DNA of 64,000 nucleotides from Podarcis liolepis (Eukaryota), in NCBI GenBank assembly GCA_965112155.1, contig OZ218109.1; one strand, 5' to 3'. The notes below the pieces were generated by a model. The model made no database searches and was not told where the DNA came from. It worked only from the letters and a program-made list of their open reading frames with translations. Within the stretch, counting starts at the first letter, position 1, and every line of letters begins with the position of its first letter. Shown one piece after another: positions 1 to 12,988 of this stretch. The position numbers were made by a program, and so were the translations under genes.

Positions 1-681
1 TCAGCACAGGACAAGGTACAGGGAGAAGGTGAGGAAGCAGCAAACTTTTAATTCACCTAGGGCAGCAACAAACCTTGGGCCTCCGAGTGGAATTCTAGGC
101 ACGATTTCAGGTCAGCAAAACAATTTACAATCAAGGCTAGACTCCAAAATGACTATAATCAAATCCGCAGTGCACTGCCATGGCTCTTTTGGAGGAGGAC
201 GTTCGTTGTTGATCTGCAATGCTTACCATCTCTGGGTCATGGGAATTGTCAAATTAACTTGACAGCACAAACACGTTTATAGCCAATTCCGAAGTCCAGA
301 AATAAAGGCTTAATTGTAGTCATACTTCTTTTGTGCTGTACAGCTACACTAGCTGGAACCCGCTGATGTCAAATATTCATTTAAGAACTGTACGTTTTCT
401 CTCTTTCAAACACAACACTGTGGGCTCTCTTTCATTATAAAAATCCAGGCCTCATTCTCTGCTCAGTTCGGTTCTTTTACAAATAAGGAAGTGTCAGGCA
501 GTTTTAATTGAGTTGGAGATGCTACACTTAAGTTTTCCATTTAGGCTACCACCCCTTCAAATGTCTGTTTCATTAAATGTCAATCTTCTAGTGATAAGGA
601 CCCTTCTTGTTGTCTGAGACTGTCTTTCTAAATTCAATGGTGGGTGGAGAAAAGGGTGCATTGGACAATAAGGATTCTTAC

Positions 682-761
682 CTGCTGCTTTGGCAACATC
701 GGCTGTGGTGATATTGAAGACATTTGAGTGCACTTTGAAGGTCACAGCTGGCCCCAGCATG
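682..761 (-). CDS. PTPRN2: PTPRN2 coding exon (human exon 11 equivalent), SEA-like ectodomain: (N)[26 protein letters not shown]
   Basis: Acceptor ttttgtag and donor gtaaga on the minus strand. 80 nt, phase 2 to 1. Matches human [26 protein letters not shown] as recalled, with the N-x-T sequon kept (NIT). Confidence 0.95.
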
Positions 762-1261
762 CTACAAAACAGGATGTGAAACAAGAGGTTCGTAACTAAG
801 GAACATAACATACAATATATATTCGAGGATAATTTATCATCTCCAGTGTGTTTTATTAGGCTCAGCTAGACGTTTATAATCTCAATATCAAAGTAAGGTG
901 CATATTGATTTAGTTATGAATGAAAAACTCAACCGAACATTTTGTAAAAAAAGTACAATGAAAGTTGAACCAACAAGTACCAAGAGTAATGAATGGGTAC
1001 CAATGTATTGCTTTTATTATTCCAGTAATGATCAATATCCATTCATCATTCCCAAACCTGAAGATTTATTGCTACTTGGGTGGGCAAGGTCTGGAGAATG
1101 TGGATTTTTTATTTTGTTTTTTAAAAAGGATGTGATTGTCACTTTCTTCCCTTCTGTAATATCCATGTATATGACATGACAGGGAAGTTCTTTTTTTATC
1201 TTATGATGCCCCCCATCCAATCTTAATGCCCACTTCCAGAATATTAGGGGCTCATGCAAAT

Positions 1262-1342
1262 CTTTCTCCCCCTCTCTGGTTCCTTCCCTCTCTCCCTCCC
1301 TCCCTCCTTCCCTCCCTCCCTGCTTCCTTCCTTCCTTCCTTC
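1262..1342. repeat. CT-rich / (CCTT)n simple repeat
   Basis: Visible ccct/cctt tandem units. Confidence 0.9.
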
Positions 1343-1409
1343 CTTCCTTCCTTCCTTTCCCTCACTCGATGTTTTGTGGCTTTTCAATATTCCATAAGTA
1401 CCTGAAGTC

Positions 1410-1410
<1 letters not shown>

Positions 1411-1453
<43 letters not shown>

Positions 1454-1588
1454 TTATTATTTATACCCCGCCCATCTGGCTGGGTTTCCCCAGCCACTCT
1501 GGGTGGCTTCCAAAAGAATATTAAAATACTATGATACATCAAACATTAAAAGCTTCCCTAAACAGGGCTGCCTTCAGATGTCTTCTAG
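1411..1588 (-). mobile_element. L2-clade LINE 3' end with (TAA)n tail
   Basis: ccccgcccatctggctgggtttccccagccactctggg is shared with the 3' end of the long L2 copy at 46564-47458. Confidence 0.85.
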
Positions 1589-2336
1589 GTTATTGTTTGG
1601 AATTTGGGGGGGGGGGGTTCTGTACACACAGGAAGTCTACAGAGTAGGCAGAAATATCTTGCTTTCAGGTAGCTCCATTTCACTTCCAAACTGATAGGCA
1701 CAGGAGCACTGAAGTTTGATTTTAGAGGAGTAATGATACAAGTGATGTGCATGTTCTTCTTATATAATTCATTGCATTAATGAAAAACATCTTAAATTAC
1801 TGCAAAATAAGCTACAGGATCATTCACAAATAAGCATTCAGAACTGAAGCCTGAGTCAAAATCCACAATTAGGTCATGTGTCCCTTTGTCCAGACCACCT
1901 GGCATTATGTTAAGTAGCAGCTGATTTTTCAACTAGGGTTTGGCACTAAAGACCACATTAGGAACTTATGATGACTCCAAGCCAGAGGTCTATGCCTCAT
2001 TTACACATTTTAGCTACAGCTAATACTTTTTCTGCATCATTTGCATCAACATAGTGGTTAGGAAGGCACAGCTAGTCAGTGTCTTCTTATCATTCTCTAG
2101 AACTGAAAACAAAAGAACCAAGAGGTACTTGTCTATTGAAATGTTATAGATCTAATAAGCAGCAAGACACCTCAAATAGTAAAATCAAGTCAGCACTCTT
2201 TAAGTTAAAACATACACTCAATATAAAGGACATGTTTATAAAGGACATGTTTGAATTGCTTATAATCCAATGACAAGAAGTTCTTTATGAAAAGAATTAG
2301 TGTGCACCAAATTCATGTGGAGCCATCAGTTTAACT

Positions 2337-2490
2337 CAGGGGTAGGCAACCTAAGGCCCGTGGGCCAGATGCGGCCTAATTGCCTTCTCAATCCGGCCTG
2401 CAGACGGCCTGCATCAGCGTGTTTTTACATGAGTATAATGTGTGCTTTTATTTAAAACGCATCTCTGGGTTATTTGTGGGGCATAGGAAT
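2337..2490 (+). mobile_element. Truncated hAT (Charlie-like) MITE, same family as 59121-59377
   Basis: Begins caggggtaggcaacctaaggcccgtgggcc, the reverse complement of the right end of the 59.1 kb element. Confidence 0.8.
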
Positions 2491-3278
2491 TAATAATAAT
2501 AATAATAAATTTAATTTAATTTAATTATTTTATTTATATCCCGTCCTCCCCAGCCCACCACCTGTCAAAGATATAATGTATTTTATGATATAATGTATTT
2601 GGGTGGGGGGGAATCTTTGTGCCTTGAATCATCATCAGTTTCAAAATCCATCCAATTCTTGAGAACTGGATGTCAGAATTCTATAACAAGATTGTTTCTT
2701 ATATAGACAGACAATTCCTTATCTAGAAAAGGGGGATTTAAATTGTGAAACTTGTTGGTGTAGCTCCTTAAGCAAGATGGTTGTAGGTGAAATCTTACTG
2801 TAGTAATTGTCCCATGTGGACAATTAATAACATTTTGACACTTTAGAAAAAGCTGCCTTTTCTTCTTTATTATCCAGAGGATGGAACACAGAAGAAGGTT
2901 TGTTCAATATTTTTAATTGCTGGTTACCTTTATCTTTTTATATCCAGACAAATTTAGCAACATGGTAACAACGTAATTTGGGAATTCCACAACTTCCTTT
3001 AGAACATGAGGCTATGTACACATTACTGGCTTAAAACACAGCTAGGTTATTCTTTTCCTCAATTCAGATTGAAGCTGGTTTGGGGGGGAAATGTAGCAAA
3101 ATGCAGTATTTCATTTAACAAAAACCTACAGGGTAGGTGTGAATTGTAGCTAACATTGTGTGAAACTGTTAAACGTTTGTGGTGGAAAAGGAAATATTTT
3201 TGGTCCATTTCTTCTCATACCATGTTATCAACACTTATAACTTTGGTGCCACTATAGCTAGTAAAGGTATCAAAGAAA

Positions 3279-3530
3279 TTGTTGTTTAGTCGTTTGGTCG
3301 TGTCTGACTATTCGTGACCCCATGGACCAGAGCACGCCAGGCTCTGGCAGTCTTCCACTGCCTCCCGCAGTTTGGTCAGACTCATGTTTGTAGCTTCGAG
3401 AACACTGTCCAACCATCTCGACCTCTGTCGTCCCCTTCTCCTTGTGCCCTCCATCTTTCCCAACATCAGGGTCTTTTCCAGGGAGTCTTCTCTTCTCATG
3501 AGGTGGCCAAAGTATTGGAGCCTCAGCTCC
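3279..3530 (-). mobile_element. BovB (RTE) LINE 3' fragment
   Basis: Encodes LRLQYFGHLMRREDSLEKTLMLGKMEGTRRRGRQ. (CAA)n tail. TSD atcaaagaaat on both sides. Confidence 0.93.
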
Positions 3531-4437
3531 AATCAAAGAAATAGAAATATACAAATGAATAGGTCATTCATTTGCGGTGCTATCCTGGACTCTGCTACCA
3601 CTAACACACATACAAAGGGAAGCAAACCTTGCTTCCTGAAAAAAATATGTTCATTTGGAGTCATTAAATATATCTTCCTAGAATGAGGTGGAGAAAGGAC
3701 TCCCGGAAACAAAATGGCGTAAAAGGTAGATATTTGGTCTGATCTAGCAAGACTGTTCTTACATTCTTATGGGAATAGATCCCATAGCAATTTGTATAAA
3801 TGCAAAGTTTTTTTCAATGGAGACCATATCAGCAGTGAAATCTATACCTGTCCCATTATGTGCAGACCTCCTTCACATGAATTCTGCCCATCAGTTTTCA
3901 TTATCATAACCTATCCATACTTTTATTCTGTATTGGATATGTTGGAAACTGACTGAGTAGAAAAGTAGCAGCTCATAAAAACCATTTCCCCCCTGTTTGT
4001 TTGTTGTTGTTTTTTAAAGCAGCTAATAGAGCCCCAAACTCTTATTGAATAAACATTTCAATAAGAATGTGTGTGCACTAGGGAAAATTGGACTTTTCAT
4101 TATGTGCAAGAGAAATATAATACCACAAAATAAAAAGTAATAAATGATAACAACAACGAATATTGATCGCATTGACTTTGGGAGGGATTCTGCCACTTTG
4201 GTATTCTGTACAGGGCCTTGCCTACTGTTGGTGGTATTGGTAAATACATGCCAAGCGGCAAGATTTATTTGTTACGTTTACATCCCACATTTCAGCCAAG
4301 GAGCTCAGAGTGGCAATTTGAGCCACACAACCAACCTCTGAGTAAAGTCAAGCAAATACAGCGATATGTCCATTTGGGGAACTCAATAGCAGAGTTATTC
4401 AGCCTACATTTCCCACAGTCAAGATCAGCACACTATT

Positions 4438-5492
4438 TTGTTGTTGTTGTTTAGTCGTTTAGTCGTGTCTGACTCATAGCTGTCAACTTACAGATTTGAA
4501 AATAAGGGACCAGCAGCCAAAATAAGGGACCTGCAGCCTCACCTGTTCCAGGCACTCCAGTCTTCCTGTCCTCCTGCAGTCTGATCAAACTCATGCTGGT
4601 AGCTTCGAGAACACTGTCCAACCAACTTTGTAACCAGAAGTTAAACTGACTAGAATCTGAACCACATGCACTACAAGGCCTATGCAGCCTCAACTTACGA
4701 TGGCTCCCCGGCCTGGCTTTGCACTGCAAAGTTTGCAGCAGCACGTGCAACAAAATGGCGTCCAGCATTCAAAAAACCCCTCAGCTTGCATTAACTAGCC
4801 ACACCCAAGGCATGCAAGCTCCACCCCCCAGTCGTTGTTAGACTTCTTATTGGGTGAGCAACACAGCCAAGCAACACAGTTGGAGCCTCCCTCCTCCCTG
4901 GCCAGCAGGGAGAGGAGCTGTTTCCTTTGAAATTTAAGGGACATCATTTAAGGGACATTTAAGGGACATCCATCAATAAGGGCCAGCAGTGGGACATGGC
5001 GCTGGAATAAGGGACACCTGACAGCTATGGTCCGACTCTTCGCGACCCCATGGACCAGAGCATGCCAGGCACTCCTGTCTTCCACTGCCTTCGGCAGTTT
5101 GGTCAAACTCATGCTGGTCGCTTCGAGAACACTGTCCAACCATCTCGTCCTCTGTCATCCCCTTCTCCTTGTGCCCTCCATCTTTCCCAACATCAGGGTC
5201 TTTTCCAGGGAGTCTTCACTTCTCATAAGGTGGCCAACATATTGGAGCCTCAGCTTCAGGATCTGTCCTTCCAGTGAGCACTCATGGCTGATTTCCTTAA
5301 GAATAGATAGGTCTGATCTTCTTGCAGTCCATGGGACTCTCAAGAGTCTCCCCCAGCACCATAATTCAAAAGCATCAATTCTTCGGCGATCAGCCTTCTT
5401 TATGGTCCAGCTCTCACTTCCATACATCACCACTGGGAAAACCATAGCTTTAACCATACGGACCTTTGTTGGCAAGGTGATGTCTCTGCTTT
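4438..5492 (-). mobile_element. BovB LINE 3' fragment interrupted by a hAT element (4475-5029)
   Basis: Tail at 4438-4474 resumes at 5030. ORF 5155..5475 is the BovB ORF C-terminal region (VKAMVFPVVMYGSESWTIKKA..RIDAFELWCW). Confidence 0.92.
4475..5029. mobile_element. Non-autonomous hAT DNA transposon
   Basis: 11-bp TIRs catagctgtca / tgacagctatg. 8-bp TSD gtctgact (4467-4474) / gtccgact (5030-5037). Repeated aagggac motifs near both ends. Confidence 0.88.
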
Positions 5493-7767
5493 ACTTTATG
5501 CTATTTGTGGGACTAGCAGCATTTGATTGACGCATATAAGAAGGTGTAGCCAGCAGGAAAAAAAGAAAAAACCAGTAAATTAAGATGCAGAAGAACCTTC
5601 CCCCTCCCAAGACTTACTGAGAAAGATTTTGATGCCAGCAGTAGTGACATATGAGATATTGCTCTTTCATTCAGTTCACCACACCTCCTTGAAGCTTGGC
5701 TAATATTAACCACAATTGTTTTGACACCACTCTTAAATACTAATTCCCACTGAAGGGCGTAATGGTGTTTATGACCTGATGCATTTCATTGCAAACAAAC
5801 TGTTCTCACATATCACCCATGATCTGGCTGGTGAGTAAAGAACATTGCCTCCTTTGGGGCAGATTACATCACACACAAATTCAACAAACTGTGCAAGATG
5901 AAAAAGAGGTCATAAACATAAAAACACCAGAGCCCAGCTGGCCAAATGAATCAAAACGCCTGAGAAGCATGGCACTGCTGCGAATCTTCGGTGACTAGAA
6001 AAGGATCTTAATCATAGAATTGAGAATTAGATCACACCGTCAGTTGCATTCATGCACATTTTCAATAAAGCATTTTGGTTATCCTGGATTTACATCCATT
6101 TAACAACGCAATTGTATATAAAGGTGATTGCACAGATTGAGGATAGTAAGACAGCAGCCCTAATCCTATTCAAAACAGTGTTTGCTTGATCAAACAAATT
6201 ACTTGAAATGTACAGACTAATTACCCCCTAAGTCGGTGGAATTTCTGCTGGTTTGTTTTGGGGTTTTTTAAATTCAGTAGTGCTACTTTCATATCAGCTA
6301 TGTACTGGATTTAAACAAAAACCATCAGCCTCTGAACAACGTCGCAGACGGTTATCATCATTTATGGTGGGTTCCAGCCAATTTGTGAAGGATGACTTGA
6401 TTCCATGTTAATGATATTATGTTCCTCTCCCCATTTTTTACCCTTGCCACACACGAGGAACAATTTTTTATCTTCAGAATTATTATTATTGCTCTAATTC
6501 CAAGCATATGATTTCACATCAATGAATTTTCAAACTGAAAGCCAGAAAGAGAGAGGTGCAACATTATCAATACAGCAGTTCCTGCATCACTTTCAGTTGC
6601 AGGCTACAATTACTTTTATAAATGAGGCCATTTAAATTCTTATAGATTGTGGACTGAACTTCATATGACCACACTTCTTTCCCTCGTAGGTACGGTACTT
6701 ATTAGGGAAACATAAAAGGAAGATCACAGGGAAGTGAAGTTACAGTCTGCCATACCCCCTAGTGGAAAAGTATTTGAGAAGCAAGTGCTGCTGGTGGCAT
6801 AGGAAGCAACAAAGCATGGAGCTGACGGCAGAAGGAAACAGTTTTGTGGCTCTGAAAGCATGCCTAAGAAGTTCGAAACTATATGTACAGGAGGACAGGG
6901 TTCCTGTGCCTTTCGGAGTTGTATAGAAAGCATTTCCTCTTCCCTGAAACATACCCTTGTTCTACATAACTGTTAGATACTGGCGTCTTGTCCTCCTTTG
7001 CAGCTGGTCACACTATTCACAATGTGCTAAAGCACTGAGGTACAGTGATCAAATCAATGTACTTCTGGCTAAGGCCAGTCTCCTGTCGGTCCTGAGGATT
7101 AGGTCCCTAAGAAACACGGGACAAAACAATGCACTTTGATAATTATTTATTTCTGGAACACTAAGCGATGGAGCTTGAACAATTTAAGTGGTATACATTT
7201 AGGAAAACGCACCAAAATAATTTGGTCTATGATGTGTTTTGGCTTTCGGGTGCGATGCTGTTGAATGAGTGCGATGTTGCATTTTTACTTTGAGAGCTAT
7301 CCACCGGCCACATTTCGGCAGCACCAATACTTCTGTGCCAACATTGGGCATGATCCGCTTGATGCTTTCTGCATGGCAAAAGGGGGCTGCTGGCTCACAC
7401 TCCCCAAACAAGCACAGCTGGGAGGTGGCAGGAGAGGAAGGTTTGTGGAAGGGAGATCCTGTATACAGAACAGAGCACACAGGAAAGGGAAATAAGGATG
7501 CAATGACTGACGGAAGGATAACCTTATATTTTTAACTTAAAATGAATCGCAAGAGCAGATGGTAGTTTAGAATATGGTGGGTGTCAAGGAGCACACAGTT
7601 AGCAGATAACAAAGGAGTCAAAACTAGATCATTTAGATGAGATTGTGGCTATCATAATAATTTATTTTACGAAATTCAGAAAATGGGATGAGTACCCAGA
7701 CAGACCCTAATTTGGACTTGCACTTTAATTGGCTTGTATCCAGGTCACCAACACACAATGTTCCTTC

Positions 7768-8243
7768 CATAGAATCATAGAGTTGGAAGAGACCACAAGG
7801 GCCATCGAGTCCAACCCCCTGCCAAGCAGGAAACACCATCAGAGGCCTCCTGACATATGATTGTCAAGCCTCTGCTTAAAGACCTCCAAAGTAGGAGACT
7901 CCACCACACTCCTTGGCAGCAAATTCCACTGTCAAACAGCTCTTACTGTCAGGAAGTTCTTCCTAATGTTTAGGTGGAATCTTCTTTCTTGTAGTTTGGA
8001 TCCATTGCTCTGTGTCCGCATCTCTGGAGCAGCAGAAAACAACCTTTCTCCCTCCTCTATATGACATCCTTTTATATATTTGAACATGGCTATCATATCA
8101 CCCCTTAAACTCCTCTTCTCCAGGCTAAACATGCCCAGCTCCCTTAGCCGTTCCTCATAAGGCATCGTTTCCAGGCCTTTGACCATTTTGGTTGCCCTCC
8201 TCTGGACACATTCGTTTGTCAGTGTCCTTCTTGAACTGTGGTT
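7768..8243 (-). mobile_element. CR1 LINE 3' fragment
   Basis: ORF 7932..8186 (GLETMPYEERLRELGMFSLEKR..RGDMIAMFKY) is typical CR1 ORF2 C-terminus. Tail catagaatcatag. Confidence 0.92.
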
Positions 8244-8785
8244 CCCTTCATTACCCCATTCCCTTCTTCCAAATTAACATGATGACAGGTCAGGGGTGGC
8301 AGCAAGTTCTTCCTCTGTTCCTCACCCCTTCCCTCATTCGTCCCCCCCCCCAATCTTTCCAGTGCCCACAGTGCCATGGTAACAAGGTGCAGGAAATCCT
8401 GAAGAAGCATGTTCTCCAGGGCTGCTTGCAGCTAGGACACTACTAGATTCTAGCATTCTAGATGCTAGAAGAATAGCAGGGAGCAGAGGGTGAGAAAAGG
8501 AGAAGAGCCTATTGCCATATAAATTCCCCCCACCAAGTGTTTGGAAGGAACTATTACAAGAAGTGAGTGGAAATCTAGGTGGAAGAAGAAGAAATTCCTC
8601 ATCACACATACAGGCTTGACTTTGCCTTGTGGAGGTTTCCATAAATAATTTTGAATGAGCACATATGGAAATAGATAACATCAATACAGAGCCCAAAAAT
8701 AATGCCTGGGGTTTAAAATTGTGCCCTGTGGAACGTGTCTTTCAGTGAGGTCGAATTCTTCCACTAATACCTGCTCCCATTCTTA

Positions 8786-9141
8786 AAAGTAAAGGTAAAG
8801 GGACCCCTGACCATTAGGTCCAGTCGTGGCCGACTCTGGGGTTGCGGCACTCATCTTGCTTTATTGGCTGAGGGAGCCAGCATACAGCTTCCAGGTCATG
8901 TGGCCAGCGCAACTAAGCTGCTTCTGGCGAACCAGAGCAGCACATGGAAATGCCGTTTACCTTCCCGCCGGAGCGGTACCTATTTATCTACTTGTACTTT
9001 GATGTGCTTTCAAACTGCTAGGTTGGCAGGAGCAGGGACCGAGCAATGGGCGCTCACCCCGTCGCAGGGATTCGAACCGCCGACCTTCTGATCGGCAAGT
9101 CCTAGGCTCTGTGGTTTAACCCACAGCGCCACCCGCGTCCC
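8786..9141 (-). mobile_element. Sauria SINE (POM/Squam1 type), full length
   Basis: tRNA-like head with B box ggttcgaatccc, (ACCTTT)n tail, TSD gctcccattctta. Confidence 0.92.
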
Positions 9142-11648
9142 TCCGCTCCCATTCTTACTCCCAGGTTAAACTTGAAAGCCTGCTCAGGTCCTCTAAATGA
9201 AATGAGGAAGAAAGTGGACCTCAGACAAATCTTGAACTATCACAAGGTACCATGTTGCACATATAGATGGGGGATCTCCTGCTTTAAGTCATGCATACTG
9301 GGGGGTGGGGGCTTAATTCTACACAAAGGCTCATGAGGTCTGAACTGGCAATGACTGACTAGAAATTAAATCTTGACTTGATATAGGATAGCTTGAAGAA
9401 GATGCTGCAGCAGCAAGTGGGCGATTTCCATGTTAGGGATCATTGGGGAAAGGGATTGAACATAAAGCTGCCAATTTTATAATGCCATTGTACAAATATA
9501 TAGTGTGACCTCACTAGTTCTGGTTGTTTCACCTTCAAGCAGTGCTGGAAAAGGTTCGCAGTCAACATTATAAAGGGGTGTGGCAACTCCCCAGTGTGAA
9601 ACATGAGGTGGCTATCATGACACAGTAGATTTATTAGATCTTTTCATGGAGAAATTCCAGCTACAAGTGTAGAAATTAGAGAAGTCTAATCTGTTAGATG
9701 CTAAACAGCAGCCATCTTCTAACCTTGCTTCATTCAGTGACAGGCCCTCAGGACAGTAAGTCTGAATTAATTACCAATCTTCCTTATATCTGAGATATCA
9801 CTTGTTTGGGGACTTTGATATATGTTTGTCAGATGTAAATGAAATTCTCCTGCAGGATAATTACCCTTCACTGGTTCAACCTTCCTTTGAAGGGCTAACC
9901 AAGATATCCTGTTAGTTCTGTTAGAATTCTAATTCTGTATATGAAATTAAGTTTTAAGATCTACATAGTAATTGGATTTTAGCTCCTGAGGAAATCTATT
10001 TTTCTACTCACATGTTTTGGAAAGTCAGTTACTTTTTTAGAAAAAAAGTCATCGTTTAGAAGATGAGGGATAAGGAAGTTGGAGAACACAGACATTTGGT
10101 TCTTGATGAATTTATTTTGGATATATGGGAAAGGCAGGAATGGTATGGAAAAGGCTGGCTTCAAGAAGTGACGTAGATTTACAGCTCAGAAACTATGCAA
10201 ACTTCACTTGAACCTTGGTATATCAAATAAGTAATTCCTTGCAATTAAGACTGGCTAAAATGCTATTTATTTTTAAGTACCTGTAAATCTTACCTTTGCC
10301 CTTTATTTTCCTTCTTTCTGAAATATTTCTGGGTTCTGTTTTTGTTTTTCCAATTGGATTTTGTCTTCCCTGTGTTCATAAAACAACCACTGGACACGCT
10401 ACTAAAACGTACTTTTATATTACAGGTTTGGGTTCTTTACTGTTTTAATAAGAAGCTGGTGGCAGTTCCGTAAAAGTTTATAAATTACATAATCTCAACT
10501 TTTGCTCACTCTGAAGTTTTTTTCTGTAACCTATCATAGCTAGGCAGTGGCGCAGTGTCAAATTTTGAAGTGCAGGAATTAATAATGGCAGCCCTCACAG
10601 CTGTGCCCCAAGAACAGTCCAAAAATGCAGAAAGATGCTTTTGACTCAGGAGACCTGGGCTTGCCTCCCAATTAACCATGTGGCATGAATACAATCCTGT
10701 GCTATGCATGGTTACCTGGCAGGAAGCAGGGCTGCTTATCCCTGACCGTACAGGTTTGACTTGTAAGACTCATTGATAAAAGATTCTTAAGTCAGCTCAG
10801 ATGCAACTTTTAGCTTCAAACTAGAAATGCAAACAATATTGCAGAGAAGTGTTACCAACTAAATTGCTAGCATAGAGTAGATGCACCACCAAGGAAAAGG
10901 AAAATATTCAGGCTCTCAAATTCTCTTACTTCCTGTATTACCATCTGCGGCAATAATAAAAACCTCATTATCAATTCATTGATTTGCCAGAGCAAAGAGA
11001 GTCCACCAACTGGTCTGCAGATTTGGCAGATGATGCCATAACTTCTGGTCTGAAAAAATGAGAGCTGTGCTCCCCCCCCAAAAAATTAGCCTACAATTAG
11101 CCAGGTACTGCATGTACCTGGAGAGAGGAGACAGCCTTATTCTGAAAGACACGGCATCAGTCTGGGCTGAACACAAACACCAAATAGCTGCACATTAGAA
11201 AGTAACTGCAGCATACCCAAATTGTGCAAGATTTGGCTTAGATTCAACTAGGATTACCAAGCGAATTTGCATGCTGAGTTAAATATACCTATTTCACACC
11301 GTTCTGAATCGAAGCTACTCATAATTTCCTTAGATGTTCACCTTTACAACCAACGCATGCCTTGTGTCATAACCTATCAGCATGATGAAGTGGAAACACC
11401 AAGTTTCACAGCAGTGTTTAGGTTCTGGATGAGTAGGTTTGATTAAATGGCTGATTGGGTTTTTCAGGTGGTATCAATATAACAGGAGGAAACAAAGAAA
11501 AACCACCACCAAAGGCTTTAGCCTTCAATTTAGCAAAACTACAGCTGACATGCCAATTCAGGTACATACAGCTCTTTCACATACGATCAGGAATGGGAAA
11601 GGAACTGAAGTGTAAGCTCCTTTGCCATGTTAGTCACTAAGACTAAAT

Positions 11649-11783
11649 CAGAGTTCCCAAACTTGGGTCTCCAGCTGTTTTTGGACTACAACTCCCATCA
11701 TCCCTAGCTAGCACGACCAGTGGTCAGGGATGGTGAGAATTGTAGTCCAAAAGCAGCTGGAGACCCAAGTTTGGGAAACCCTG
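11649..11783. mobile_element. Palindromic hAT MITE (~135 bp)
   Basis: Near-complete hairpin (ggactacaactcccatcatccct...agggatggtgagaattgtagtcc). 8-bp TSD gactaaat/gaccaaat. Confidence 0.88.
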
Positions 11784-12168
11784 GACCAAATGGATCATTT
11801 TGATATGGCTTCTCACCCATTTCCTAAATGCATCTACTTAAATGAAACCTCCTGTGATTTAAATGGGAAATCCAAGTTAGCACTTCTTAGGGTATGATTA
11901 TATGTGACTTGATTTAGTCCTCTTCATAACAGGTGAGTTCTGTGGGACAGGACTCAGGAGATGCAGAAGAGGAGGGCTATAACCTGGTTTTTCAGACAGG
12001 AAAATACACTTTGCTATCACTGGTTTTAAATTTGACTTGTTCCTAGGTGCTGATGTGACTTCTCTCAGAAATTCTGCACTTGAGGAAGTAAAATATGTTT
12101 CTGCACAAGTGCTGTACAACAATCACTACAAGTCAATTTGGAAAAACCAAACCATTCTCCAAAAATAT

Positions 12169-12315
12169 GCTGGGATAGCTCAATCAGTAAAGCATGATAC
12201 TCTTAATCTCAGGGTCATAGGTTTGAATCCCATGTGGGGCAAAAAGATTCCTGCATTGCAGGGGGTGGGACTAGATGACCTTTGTGGCCCCTTCTAGGAT
12301 TCTCAGATTCTATGA
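12169..12315 (+). mobile_element. tRNA-Lys(CTT)-derived SINE with CR1-like tail
   Basis: Head tagctcaatcagtaaagcatgatactcttaatctcagggtc resembles tRNA-Lys-CTT. Tail gattctatga. Confidence 0.8.
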
Positions 12316-12941
12316 CTGCCTATGACTGTTGGCTCACTTCTGAATTGAGCTAAGGGGACTTCACATGACACTAAAATATGCTTGGATTTACATTAGCATT
12401 TCAAAATGAACCTCATCAATGCTGAAAAACTAAAGATTTCCGAAAAGTTACGTGAAAAAGGACCAGATGAAGACATTTTGTTGCCTCAGACAGAACAGCC
12501 AATGCCACCCCCCTGAATGGCAGACTTATTTTGGCACCTGAGGCAAAAACTCCCACAAGCATCTCTAGCAGTAAAAATGCAAAAATAAATGAAATAACTG
12601 ACACCCCAAATGCGCTGCCTTAGGCTTCCCTAGGATTCCTTCCCAGACCAGATGATGAGACAGGCAGAAAGTGGACAGAGCTGGGTGTGCCATGCAGCCT
12701 TTCATCCCCAAAGCTACCTTGCTGCCCTCAGGTGCACTGAAAGATACTGTCTCTTTGCCAGTATTTAAGGAAGATTCAGCTGCCAGTCTCATCAGCGCCT
12801 ATATTTGGAAGTGGGGAGAGGTGCCTTCTTGCCCTTCGTCTTGGGTAGCAAAGCATCTTTGACCAATACTGCTGGTAAGCCCTGTTTTCAAGTTGTAGAT
12901 ACAGGCTTTACTCGAACATTCGCTGAACTCCTATGCCTTGG

Positions 12942-12988
12942 GTTGTTGTTGTTATTATTATTATTATATTATTATTATTATTATTATT
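12942..12988. repeat. (TTG)/(TTA)n microsatellite
   Basis: Visible trinucleotide run. Confidence 0.9.

Noticed and set aside
5027-5530. Long plus-strand ORFs over BovB copies (also 23845..24345, 27482..28099, 29678..30025, 49586..49933)
   Set aside because: They are antisense frames of the same BovB sequence and recur only because the repeat recurs; not host genes.
11649-11783. Hairpin as a candidate miRNA (e.g. miR-153, hosted by PTPRN2)
   Set aside because: It is a multi-copy MITE with a TSD. I saw no miR-153 mature sequence in the window, and its host intron lies further 3' in the gene.
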